From Antedon mediterranea (taxonomy: Eukaryota; Animalia; Echinodermata), in assembly GCF_964355755.1 (NCBI RefSeq), contig NC_092670.1:3462201-3526200 (forward strand): a stretch of DNA of 64,000 nt. The letters are read 5' to 3'. Numbering within the stretch: position 1 is the stretch's first letter; each line of letters begins with the position of its first letter. The position numbers were made by a program, and so were the translations under genes. Of the stretch, positions 1-12,400 are shown piece by piece. The notes beneath the pieces were generated by a model that had not been told where the DNA came from, ran no database searches, and worked only from the letters and a program-made list of their open reading frames with translations.

Positions 1-1591
1 TCCTATGGGATTACAAATAAACTCACTATTTTCACACACCTCATACTTTAAAGTGAAAGGAAATAACCAGAATTCAGTTATTATCAGTACTGTTGTTTAG
101 GCCTATCGGCTTCTTTTGTAATACAAGAAATCAAAATAATAGAATTTTCCTTGTATTTAAGAAGGCTAAAACCATACATTCGTAATTTATTTATTGAGTG
201 TATTTAATTATTCCATCATTATTTATTAATATTGTATAAAGTGAGATTTTTCAGTATTTTTATTGCATTTTAATCCTGTCTGTAATATTGAAAGTTGAGC
301 TAATAAAAGTGGGTTGAAAAGAACAAATTATGATTATGAATTTTTAAAATTAATATTTAATACTTTTACCTTTTTGAAATTAAAAAAATGTAACAATTGT
401 TTTTGTATCTAGTAATGTATGTACAGTATACTACAGTTGTGGCAGATCGTAGTAAAATTCCCCTTGCAATGAAATAACTTTGTAGGCCTGAAGCACACAA
501 AATAGAAAGAGAGGGTCCGAACAGGGGAAAGAACATCCCCCTGCCTATCAATTTAAAAAAAGAAAAATTAAAAAGACAGTTTTGGACAATATATTTGGCA
601 ATTATTACAATTCATCTCCAAAAAATGCTTCTCTCGCACATAAACTAAGCCATCATCCCAGCCTAGGCCAAACGCGGCCGACCTTGGGCGTGAAGTGCGT
701 AGCATCGCGCTGCGCCCCGCGACACTATTTATAACTATGCCTCAACCGACTGCCTACAAAATTCGTCCTCCATACAGTCAGTGTTTATTCTGTAGCCGTT
801 TGAGGTTGGACAGTGATATACGCATATGTAATTGTAATATCAAATGGAGTAAATTTATATAATCGAATTTTATATAGATGTTCTTTCATTTTGACGCGAA
901 AGATAAAATAAAGTCGTACTATTTATCGCGTAGATGTAAATCCTATTTGTTTACATTGATTTGGTGGCGTGCCGCATTGCCTACTGGGTAATCCGCTTGC
1001 CGGAATGGCTGCCCATGCAATTATCATTTTTCGAGCGTCAGTTCCATATCTTGCGCCACTACGTGGCGCTATACGATCTTTGAAAGAAATATCAATCCGC
1101 GCGCAATGCATTTTGGGATTTATAGCGGGCCGCTATAATTATTAGAATCAACTTATTTTTCACATTTTTAACCATTTAAAGACGAAAAAAGTTATCGTAA
1201 TAGGACCAAATAGTATTATTTTTACATTAAATATAGTTTGTGATCTTAAAATAGATCTAAAAAACGTAGGGAAGGTGTCTTTGGCGGGGTCTTTGGTCAA
1301 TGGTTCAGGATATTTAGTATTCCATGCAAATTATAATGTCCATGTGCGTATCACTTCGTATATATGATTATTTATTATGAGTACAGTATTTATGCACACC
1401 AATGTTTATTCCTATATTCATTTCGGTATACTGGGACATCAGCTCATTAATGTTGTATCGCATTTATGATTTTATAAAAAAAATAATAAATTCTTGATTG
1501 TTTAATGTTTGTTTTTGTTTCATTTTCAGAGATACTAAGGACGATGCAAATAAAGTAAATAACTATTATTACAGTAAATCAACAATAAAAT

Positions 1592-3198
1592 CAGTGGTGG
1601 CGCCAGCGGGGGGGGGGGGGCTACGGGGGCTCTAGCCCCCTCGTCGGGGAGCCTAGGGCCCCCCCCCACGGGTACTTTTTGTCGGGGAATATAATATACA
1701 GTAAAAAACGTTCGCGTTCACTTCATATAGCTTCAGCGCCTAGAAAACCACGACGTTCCATTGACCGTGAGAGTACGTCAGAGTGATATTATGCACTTTA
1801 TGTATTCATTATTGCCAGCGATCTAACTTACTACTAAACATTAGCTAGGTACGCACTTGTCTGGCGGTATCCCTTTGTACGAATCGTTCAACGTTGGGTC
1901 GAGACGCGTGATATCAAGTTTCATCCAGGGACCAAAATGTGCAATGTAGTTATTTTCCAGGCGAAGTTTACCGACGGTTACCGAAGGGAACACGTGTACT
2001 TTTTGTCGGGGAATATAATATACAGTAAAAAGCGTTCGCGTTCACTTCGTAGCTAGCTTCAGCGCCTGAAAACCGCGACGTTTCATTGACCGTGAGAGTA
2101 CGTCAGAGTGATATTATGCACTTTATATGCATTCATTATTGCCAGCGATCTAACTTACTACTAAACAATAGCTAGGTACGCACTTGTCTGGCGGTATCCC
2201 TTTGTACGAATCGTTCAACGTTGGGTCGAGACGCGTGATATCAAGTTTCATCCAGGGACCAAAATGTGTAATGTGTTATTTTCCAGGCGAAGTTTACCGA
2301 CGGTTAAGTTACGTCGTGTACTGCGTCGACGTACGCTACACTACAGCAAAAACGAATTATGTTAATTGTTCGTTTGTTCACCAATTTTTTAATTTACAAG
2401 TAACCTTCTCTGTACCGTGGGGCACCTAAATCCATTACTAAACAAAAAAACATGCCATTTTCGCTTAGCCAATATTATATTATAGCTATAGTTATTACAT
2501 TTTCAATATCCTGTATGTCATGAATTTCTCACCACTCGGAAGTCCAGATGGTACGCATGGGGTACGCATGCATACACCTGGGAGGAATAAACTTATTTCC
2601 CCGACTGAAAAAGGTCTACGCTTGCGTTTTTTAAGCCTCTAGGCCTGATGTTTCCAAAGTATAAAATGCAATTTTTTGAAGACCTGCAGCTCTAGTTTTA
2701 AACATTTTCTTAGCTCAGCCCCTACAATAAAGCTGGTCATATTTCGAAGAACAAGAAGTACATTTTCCGGGACCTAACATCTCTATTTTTCAAACATTTC
2801 TTAGCTCAGTCACAACCATGATAGGAACTTATATATTTTTTTTCATGTTTTGAAGTATAATAAGTCCAATTTCCGGGACCTCCAACTCTATTTTTCTAAA
2901 TTTTCTTTGAACTTTTATTTTTTAAATTGAAAAATATGGATTGAAACAGTCATCGCGCATCGTTTTTTTGCACGCAGTATTTTATTTATGCATTATAAAA
3001 AATGGCTACCCTAAATCTGATTAAAAAGACCTCAAATGACGCTAGAACGCGTTGCTTCCGGGGGCTTTTCCCCCTGGACCCCCACCGGGGGCCCTTGGCG
3101 GCCCCCTGGCCCCCAGCCTAGTGATGCTCGCTTCGCTCGCATAGCCCCCTCGTCTGGGAATGTAGCCCCGTGTCGGGAAGATCCTGGCGCCACCCCTG
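1592..3198. mobile_element. Non-autonomous DNA transposon with G/C-rich termini (hAT-like MITE) carrying an internal ~325-bp tandem duplication
   Basis: Terminal inverted repeats CAGTGGTGGCGCCAG (1592) / CTGGCGCCACCCCTG (to 3198); G-run/C-run subterminal motifs (GGGGGCT..AGCCCCC); near-identical internal copies at 1672-1980 and 1996-2306. No clean TSD, so the superfamily is tentative. Confidence 0.7.
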
Positions 3199-3231
3199 AA
3201 TTAAATATGTTATTAAATGACTGGTATTTAA

Positions 3232-3393
3232 AATGATATATAATAATTATATATATTAGTTTTACAAAACGTCAAAAAATTGCAGGTCTCTTTAAGTATT
3301 TAAATATATTGTAATGATATATAATAATTATATATATTAGTTTTACAAAACGTCAAAAAATTGCAGGTCTCTTTAAGTATTTAAATATATTGT
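3232..3393. repeat. Tandem duplication, 2 x 81 bp
   Basis: AATGATATATAATAATTAT...AAATATATTGT occurs twice back to back. Confidence 0.9.
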
Positions 3394-5069
3394 TGTAGAT
3401 AATGCTAACATCGATTTGAATAACAAGAAAATAGACTTCCTTGTGTAAATTTATATCAAATTAGTAGAAGATATGTCACACCAAAAACACTACTAGTACA
3501 GTAGTATAGGTAGTAGCTAGTAGGGCATCATAAAATAACTACTTTACTAAAAAAAGAACATTTTATCATTTTAGTAACTCACCTTAATCTTTTTGGGGTT
3601 GTATAGAGAAAATTAGTACATGTTTCCTCCTAATGAAAGGGTCAGTCATATACATTAAGGCGATATAAGGTGTGGCTGCAGACAAGCATATTGATGTTAT
3701 TCAATTTTATGATGCCTGAAAATCACTCAGGCATGACCTTAGTTATAACATCACTAACTGTACTGTATTAGACCTCAATTATGAAACGCCAAAGAAGTAT
3801 TATTCCCTATTAAAACTACGAAAGCCCAGTAGGGCCAAAAAAATTACTTTCAGAAATGCAAAATAACGACTTAATCAAAATCGAATCAAAATAATAATTC
3901 AAAATTCCAAATCAATTAAGTAATTCGAAATAACGAATTATTAATTCAAAAAATTTGAATTATTAATTCGAAATTTGAATTAATATAATTTGAAATTTCA
4001 AATTATTAATTCGTTATTTCGGAATAATTAATATGAAATAATGGATTAAATATCCGCGCGCGATGTATGTTTGGATTTATTTTGGGCCGCTTAAATTATT
4101 AGAATTTACTTATTTAGAATTTGTCACACTTTTTAACCGTTAATAGACGAATTTTTTACAATTATCTCAATAATTTATTTTAATTAGGTAAAAAAAATGT
4201 ATGTCTAGCCAACGCGTTCTATCCAATCAGTCTGTATCCAATTAAAGTTTATGCTATCATTCTAAATTAAAGAAAAGGTATATCGAGGTACAGCCAATGA
4301 ATAATGCGTTCTATCCAATGAATGCTTTTAATCTGTACCATGATTAAACAGTCATGGTTACAAGCATTTTATAAATTTTGTTTTATTTTTTATTTTATTC
4401 TCATTCTAGGCAAATTGCCACAAGTGAATTAATTCACTATCTTTCTCAAAGGTGGCAATCACGTTTACAAGACAAACATATACACAAGATGTTTACATAA
4501 ACAAAGACTTATAATTAATAAGTCTGATATCAATTGTACTGTATTGTTAATAATAGAATGATCAAATAGTATGAAACGCCAAAGAATTAAAAAGAATTGA
4601 TTCCAGGCAATCAAGTACGTTTTCAGTACCAGTAATAAAAAAGTTCCCTAAAAGAGATCCATACATATACAAAATTTTCCCCAACTAGTAATATCATAAT
4701 TTTAATTTCTTTTTTTTTCATATTTTACTTTCTATATTAAAAAAAAATTAAATTGTGCAACACAGAATTTATGGTTTGAAAAAACCAAATTAAAATTACT
4801 TATTTCTGTTGATACAACCTAAATACATTAGGTTTTTAAGTTCAGGTTTAGACAAATACTGGAACATTTAATGGTATATATGTTTCAGTAACTGAAAAAA
4901 TTAGATTCATCATTAATTTATACCATAGTTCATTTTAGTTAGTATTTGATTTGAAAAATTATTATAAATATTCGCTTTTATAATCATAATTTTCAAGAAA
5001 GAACATAAAGTTCTTTAATAATTTTCTTTTTATCTAATGCTAGTTAAAAAACTAAAATTTAAATTGTAT

Positions 5070-5931
5070 ATTTTATTTTTATTTTATTTTATTCAAACTC
5101 ATTCAACAGCGGGAAACCCGCCCCTTACAGAATGGAATAAACTATACCATATAAAAATATATATAAATCTTAAAATCTAACAATACAAAGTTATACAATT
5201 TTACTAATTTTATTACAAAAACAATTATAACGGTCAAAAAAGAGATCAATAGAATTATCTTTAACAACACAATTATTAAAAAGAAGACAAATACGTGAAA
5301 TAAATCCATTCTTGGTAACATTAACACGACAATACGGCACATAAAGAAGATTACATTTGGAATTACGAGTACGAGGAAAACAAGGAGTTAAAATTACAAT
5401 TGAAACGGGAATTCATACATTTATACAAAAACTGAAGATCGAACATAGAACGACGAGAGACAAGCGAAGGAAGAGAGACAGACAAAGGAGGACAGTGACA
5501 AGTAGAATACACAAAACGAACAAAACGATCTTGGACTCTTTGAAGACGGGTACTATGAACAGACGAAAACGAATTAGACACAACACTACAGTATTCAAGA
5601 TGGGGACGGACAAGAGAAACATATAAATTAATTAAAGTATTAGAATTTTTAAAACACCAGCAATTACGACGTATCATGCCTAACATTCTATTTGCTTTAC
5701 TAACAGCAGCATCAACTTGAGGAATAAAATTTAAGTTACAGTCGATAATAATTCCAAGATCTTTATGACGGTCAATTCTTTCCAAAACATGATTATTATG
5801 ATATATTGTCTTTTCTTAGTAATCATCATAATTTTGCATTTTGGTAAGTTTAAACTCAGCTTCCAGGTGGTGGTCCATCTGAAGAGTGTACCAAGGTCAT
5901 TTTGAAGGGAAACAGTATCATTAGAAAACAA
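5070..5931 (-). mobile_element. 5'-truncated, frameshifted CR1-clade LINE (RT C-terminus, 3' UTR and tail)
   Basis: ORFs 5731-5931 and 5363-5785 give LQNDL..W...WKLSLNLPKCK and KDLGIIID.NLNF..QVDAAVSKANRMLGMIRR...LYVSLVRPHLEYCSVV, typical of the CR1/L2 RT thumb region. Small 3' hairpin (GCGGG-aaa-CCCGC near 5109) and an (AATAA)n tail near 5070-5093. Confidence 0.88.
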
Positions 5932-6488
5932 AATACCAATTAGTAACTAACCTTAACTTCTTTGTGATGATCTACTATCAGTTGTTCATTCTGTAACCTA
6001 CTATATACAGTGAGTATTCAAGTGTGGCTAACAATACAATTTTACAAAACACAAATATTATGCTTCACAAACTGCAACATGAACTTTGTTATTGATACAA
6101 CTTGCCAAGGGACCCGGTGATTATTACCAAGTATGAAACGCCACAGAAGTATTAATTTAGAATATAACCACTACTGAACTTACTGTAGGTCAAATCCATT
6201 GTCTGCAAAAATTTGAATTTTAAATGTTTTAAATTGCCATGTAAAAAAAAACACTACATACATAAATGAATCTAGGCCATGCAAAGTCACATTGTGTTTA
6301 TCAATATTTATTAAACATTTATACATTTTAATAAGTGTAAGCATTACACTTGAAATCTTCCAATCATCCAGATTTATTAAATAGTTGATTGGCTGAAAGT
6401 CCTACTGATAACGGTGATTCTAATTTTCAGAGTGAAGTCATGAATCAGCTGATTGGTCATCATTCATATTCATCTAGGAGCTGATTGG

Positions 6489-9400
6489 CTATCTGTCTTC
6501 TTGATTCATCAGAGCAGCTTGCACTGACAATGCAGCTCCTGTACTAACTTCATCTTCATCTTTCTGTTATTTTATAAGAAATATTCAGTGTTAGTATAGT
6601 ACAATATTACTATATTACTGTCATTCAATATCATGTATAGCCTACTGCTGTGTATCTTTATCATTGACATATCTTCATAGTCAATATCATGACCATTCTT
6701 CATTTTGTCGTCAACATGAAATCATAATCATTGAATGTACATACCAATAATTCTAAGACCAGTAAATCACTCAACCGTTTCACTTCTCTAGGTTTTGCCA
6801 TTAACAGCTTTTCTTTTCTAAAAAATAAAATATTATTTTAATAAATTACAAACATTTCTCTTTTTTTTCCTCCTCCGATAACCAGACAACCTGCTCCTGT
6901 GCCGCCTCCTCAGTTTATGTGTAAATTGGTTTAAGCAAAATTAACATACATGTCGGAAATTTGCCTTTGAACTTAAGCTTTGTCTACACTATCAAACTAG
7001 TTTGACAACAAAAATGTGATGGCCCAAATATGGTAGTGATATGCCCAGATATGGTAATGATATGACATCATCATGTCCATGGGCACATCACATTTTTTTG
7101 TCACACGAAGTTTGATAGTGTAGACAAAGCTTTAGTAATTTTGTTCTTTCTTGCAAGGTATAGTTCCTGTAAATACTTAAATGAAAGAGCCATGATTTAA
7201 GTTTAGTGCTTGGTCAATTAATTGTGTATGAAATGATTATAACTGCATTATACCAATTATTATTAATTAGCATAAATAATACGCATGTAATGCCTTTTTA
7301 TTCTGTTATATAAGTACTGTATGTTGTGATTACCGTATATTACTTTTCCTCAAATTGGTTTGTATCTGCATAGTGTATGTTGCTACAGAGTACAATAGTA
7401 CGTATTGTGAAACACACCTGAGGTGGCCTGGTCAGTTGTTTATCATAACTTAATTTGTATGGTGGAGCATTAACGTCATTGTACCGTTCAGTCGTACGCC
7501 CCCACCTGGAATACTGTTCAGTCATTTTTAATTCAATTTCGTGTACACAATCTCAGCGTATTTATAATGTTCAGAACAAATTCATTAGATTCCTTACTCG
7601 CACTTGTCCTAATTTTAATGTTTCTCATATTTCTCTTGAAAATCGTAGAGTTGTTTTTGATATGGTATTTTTATACAACTCTTTCAATTCTGTTTATGAT
7701 TTTGGATATTGATTTTTTTTATGATAGTTTAAATGTATTTAAGGGTAAAATTGTTAAATCTCTATAATGTTCCAATCTTTGTTTATGTTATTGTTGCTTA
7801 TTTGAATGTATTATTATAGTTTATTATGTTTAGATTCAACCTGTTAGTGGCGGTTTCATCGCTGTTAGTTGTCAACTGAATAAAATAAATAAAATAAAAA
7901 TGAAAATATAAACAGTGTCTTATAAAAGTCAACATGGCTACGCATTTATAGTGTCTGTTACTGCTCTACTATTAGGTATAGTGTAGGAAGAGTAGAAAGA
8001 TGTGTTCATGTATTTAGTGTTAGTCTGTTACTGCTGTACTATTAGGTATAGTGTAGGAAGAGTAGAAAGATGTGTTCATGTATTTGTAAAAAGTATGGTG
8101 CTGTTAAAGCCAGCTTGTTAATAAAAAGGATCAAACTAGACATTGTGACATTTTGTAAAGTTTATCATTAATTACTATATTGCGTAGAAACGGCGGCCCT
8201 AGTGATCTTATTGCATGTCACAATAAAAGTGTATCTTGTGTTTACCTTTGATTTCATACTAACCTCCTCTTCTTCTTTTGTGTTTGAGTTGTGTATCTCA
8301 TGTTTATATTACCTTTGATTATTTCTCCCCAGGTGTCATCAGGAGGTATGGCTGTCATTTGTGTGGCAATCATCGATTCACTTCCCTCAACTTTACCCTT
8401 CTTTACTTTTGATTATACAATACTAACCTCAAATGACTCTTTGTATTTGATTTTGAGTAATTTATCTCATGTCAATATTATGTAGTTACCTTTCTCACCA
8501 GGTAACACACCAGGCTTTGAATAGTTGCTTGGCTACACTTATTTTTCACTATACAATTCCAATTCTTTTATCTGTACAATATCCCTTTAGTTTTGATTAT
8601 GGCAAATGAGTAGTTTATGCTCATGTTTATATACCTTTGATTATCTCCGTCTGTCTTCAACCCGCACACAAGTGGCAAATATAGAAATGTATTAGCTAGG
8701 GCCAACATTATGTGTTATGTCAAACAACTCTCACTATACCTTCTCTCAACTTTATACTTCTTTTCCTGAAACTATTCAACTAAACATTTCTGGTTTGTTT
8801 GGACCTATTCCACATTCCACAACTGAGCTGTGTAATTTAAGTGTCCTTCAGTAGTATTACCTTATTATAAAATTTTCTTTTCTTTTGTTTTGTACTATGA
8901 TTATTTATGTATGTTTATGATTATGTGAATGAAATAAAGAAAGAAAGAAGAATACTATTACCTCAAAAGGCTTTTTCTGTATTCCTTCTGTTTGGTCAAA
9001 AACTGAGCGTGCTCTCTAAGCCCCTCCTCGTGCATTTCCTGGTAATTTTGGTCTAGTTCACGAATACTGTGATACGTCTCATTTATAAGTTCTCTGTATG
9101 TTGGCGCATTTAAGGTGTGATCAGTTAAAGAAAAAGTATTTGATTTATTAACTACAAAGTAGCATTGCATCAGGGAGCTAAGTTAATTGGTCACTATTCT
9201 AATGTATTACTTTATACTACATTTGAGAATTACTTTTTCAAATGTACTTTAATAGTATGAATAATTTATAAGCAGTTGCTGTTGTAAAATCATTACAATA
9301 AAATAAACAAATAAAGCAACATATAACATTTCCTTTCTAAATAAAAATATTATTTTTGGATTCATATTAGTTTACTTTAAAGATTGTATTTAATTGAACA

Positions 9401-12400
9401 AATATCTTGTTATAAAAAATGATGATGTTTTACATTCAGTGGCACAGGGTGCAATGGACCCCACTTCTAAGGGGCCCTCCAATGCTGGCTTTGTTGTATT
9501 GGACTGCTCATGCTTTGAGGCCTTGGGTCCAGTAAGTGCTCGTAGCTATTACGTCACTGTTTACATTGTGCACTGGGTCGTTTTACACTAGTTCCAACAG
9601 TTGCATTTTTCTGAATAAAATTTTAAAAATATTCTAAAAAATGTCAATATGTTATTTTGCAGATGTAGCCAAGTCCTGAAAAATTGTGCTGGAATTTGGT
9701 CAAGTACCTATTTGTGCTTCCAACTGACCATCCATAAAAGTACTGATGAAGAAAGGTGCATAGTGAAAATAGAATGTTGCCAAGACTAAAGGATTGTAGG
9801 ACTAATAGATTCAGGACAACTACATACTAGGTAATATATGGTAAAAAGGATATGGAGGAAGACTCTTTATTTCTGTACGTTGTAAGTAGATGTCCATGCC
9901 AGCTCTTTTGTCTAACTTCTTTTGTCGCATAAAATGTTGCATCAAGGGACTCTGACCACACACGTTGAACGCACTTTTGGAAAACTGCGTACTCTCATAA
10001 ACTGGATGTGACTAAGAAATAAATAAAGAAAACAGTGTGAAAAAGGTCTCCAAAGGTCATGAAAAAATAGAGACTGGAAATCTGTTCTTATTTGGAATTA
10101 TCAGCATTGAGAAGGTTTCTGCATCAATAGAACAGCAACGCCAAAATCAAGTGGGTGAATTTGAAAAGAAATAGGTTTTTAAAACTACAGTACTCGTATC
10201 AAAAAACCTGTACATTGAATCAATAACAATTTAATTCATGTGCTTGTGCTATGTCGTTGAAATCAAGAGCAGTTTATACCCCAAAACCTTTTTCGTTAAA
10301 ACAAATTCCATACCTCAGGTGACAATGGTCTCTCCTTTCCTTTCAGTGACACTGTTGATGATTGCTTTAATGATGTGCTCTTGTCTGCTTTTTTCTTTCC
10401 CTCCAAACCTGCCTCAGACTTCTTTTTCAAACTACTCTGGCTATTTGATGTTTTGCTACTCTTCACCGTCTTTTGACTTAGAAGACTTCCTGATGCATCT
10501 GAAACATTCTCTGTGATTGGCTGCAAAGTCTTCTGACCTTTAACCTCCAACTTTTGAGACTGTTCATGTTTACTGGTTTTTTGAGCATTTGAAATAGCTG
10601 TGATTGTTTTTGGGTCAGAGTCGATTCCTGCTACACCAATATGGTCTATTGATGCTTTTCTCTGTGACATCAAATGTGATGTTTGTGAATTCTTTCTGGA
10701 TGTGTCTTCGTCGTGCATGGATGATCCTGGAGTTTCAAATTCAAAGCTAAAACCACGTCCTGCAATTACAATTTGTTTATTTCATTTTTTGCTCATAAAG
10801 ATCACAAATTACAATATTGAACAACAAAGACATAACAAGGAGACAAACAAATAAAAATGATGGTACATCAAGAAAATGAAAAAAAAAAAGACAAAGGACG
10901 GAAAGAATTGGACGCATGACAAATAGGAGCAACAAATTGGATCATTATAAGAACATAAAGTACCAACTCAAATATGCAGAAGTCTTCCACACAGGTCAAG
11001 ATTTTTGTACGAACCTATTCAGTTATTGTTTTTTTTTTAAGGAATTGTACAGTAACTCTCATTGTCATTTAAAAAAAAATAATTCTCTGTATTTGGAAGT
11101 TTAAAAAACTGAGACTGATGGACCTGTTTGATTGTTTTAATTCTAATACCTTTTTTGGAATCTTTTTGTATAATTTCAGCCTTCCTCATATCTGTTGGTT
11201 CAAGAGCTTTATAATTCCATTTCATCCATGTTCGGGGCACAACTTTAGTTCCAGCAATCCATTGAGAGGTCAACATACAAAGGTCTTCTTTAAAGTCATC
11301 GTTGAACTGCCGCCAGGAGTCTGGAAATGCTTCGCAGAAGCAGCAGTAGACAGACTGTGCTAGAAGATCAGGGTAGGCCTAGAGAAGTAATAAAGTCAAT
11401 TTCAAATTGTTCGTATGCATTGAAAGAAAATGTTTATATCAGTCAATTATCCCATTTTGCATAGGTGTGTGTCACCATGATTAAAGCTCTGTCTACACGA
11501 TCAAACTTTATGTGACAAAAAAATGTGATGTGCCCATATATGGACATGATGATGTCAAATCACTACCATATTTGGGCACATCACACATTTTTGTCACATA
11601 AAGTTTGATAGTGTAGACAGAGCTTTAAATATGGTAAAAATGCAATTACTGCATTGAAAGAAAATGTAAATAAATTCTCCTGAAACACATTTTATAGATG
11701 TTTTGTATACTGTGTGTCATCTAGTTTAAAACAAGATTTAAATTAATTACTGTAAAAAAAATCTCTTGTTACCTTAAAGAATACATCTCTATATTTAGGG
11801 TGTTTAGCATATAGTAACAGCTTTGCATAGTTGTGTGCCACCCGATTGAATATTTTTTCTTGATATGTTTTGCTTGGATGATAGCGATGTAAAAAAAACC
11901 ACCAAAACAAATCCTGAATGAAAAATATTAATCTTAATCTATAAACCTAAGTTAATTTCTGATAGTAAAAAAAAGAGTTTTTGGAATGTAGCAACAAGCA
12001 AAGGCATATTGTTTGATGCAGGTTATAACTTAAAAATAGATTTTGTTGTGATAAGTTGTAAGCTTAGCTAATATGCAGTTACTCATTTTTTAATTTAGAA
12101 AATGCAGCTGCACCAACAAGGCCTTGCTATTTACTCTTTTAAATCAACTAAAACACATACTGGATTTCAAGTTATAATATTTCATAAAAAAGAAAAGGTC
12201 TTTTGTCGTTTGATTAAGGTAAGTGACACAAATCTCGGGTTCTATTTCTAAAAACCCGACATCTGGAGTGAACACTGTGGCTCCGTTTTAAGGGATGTAT
12301 CATAGACTATGTATTAATGAAAACAGTCAAGTGTACTGCTTGATGTTGTAATTCAGTGTTGTATCCAATCAGAACATTTCCTAATAACGGGAGAATGATA

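Noticed and set aside
3583-3715. Exon-like segment on the minus strand with good acceptor and donor
   Set aside because: Stops in all three frames and no partner exons identified; it may be non-coding but cannot be supported.
8180-8660. Diverged ~165-bp repeats with exon-like donors in FAM227 intron 11
   Set aside because: Exons 11 and 12 join in frame without them and no consistent coding frame was found.
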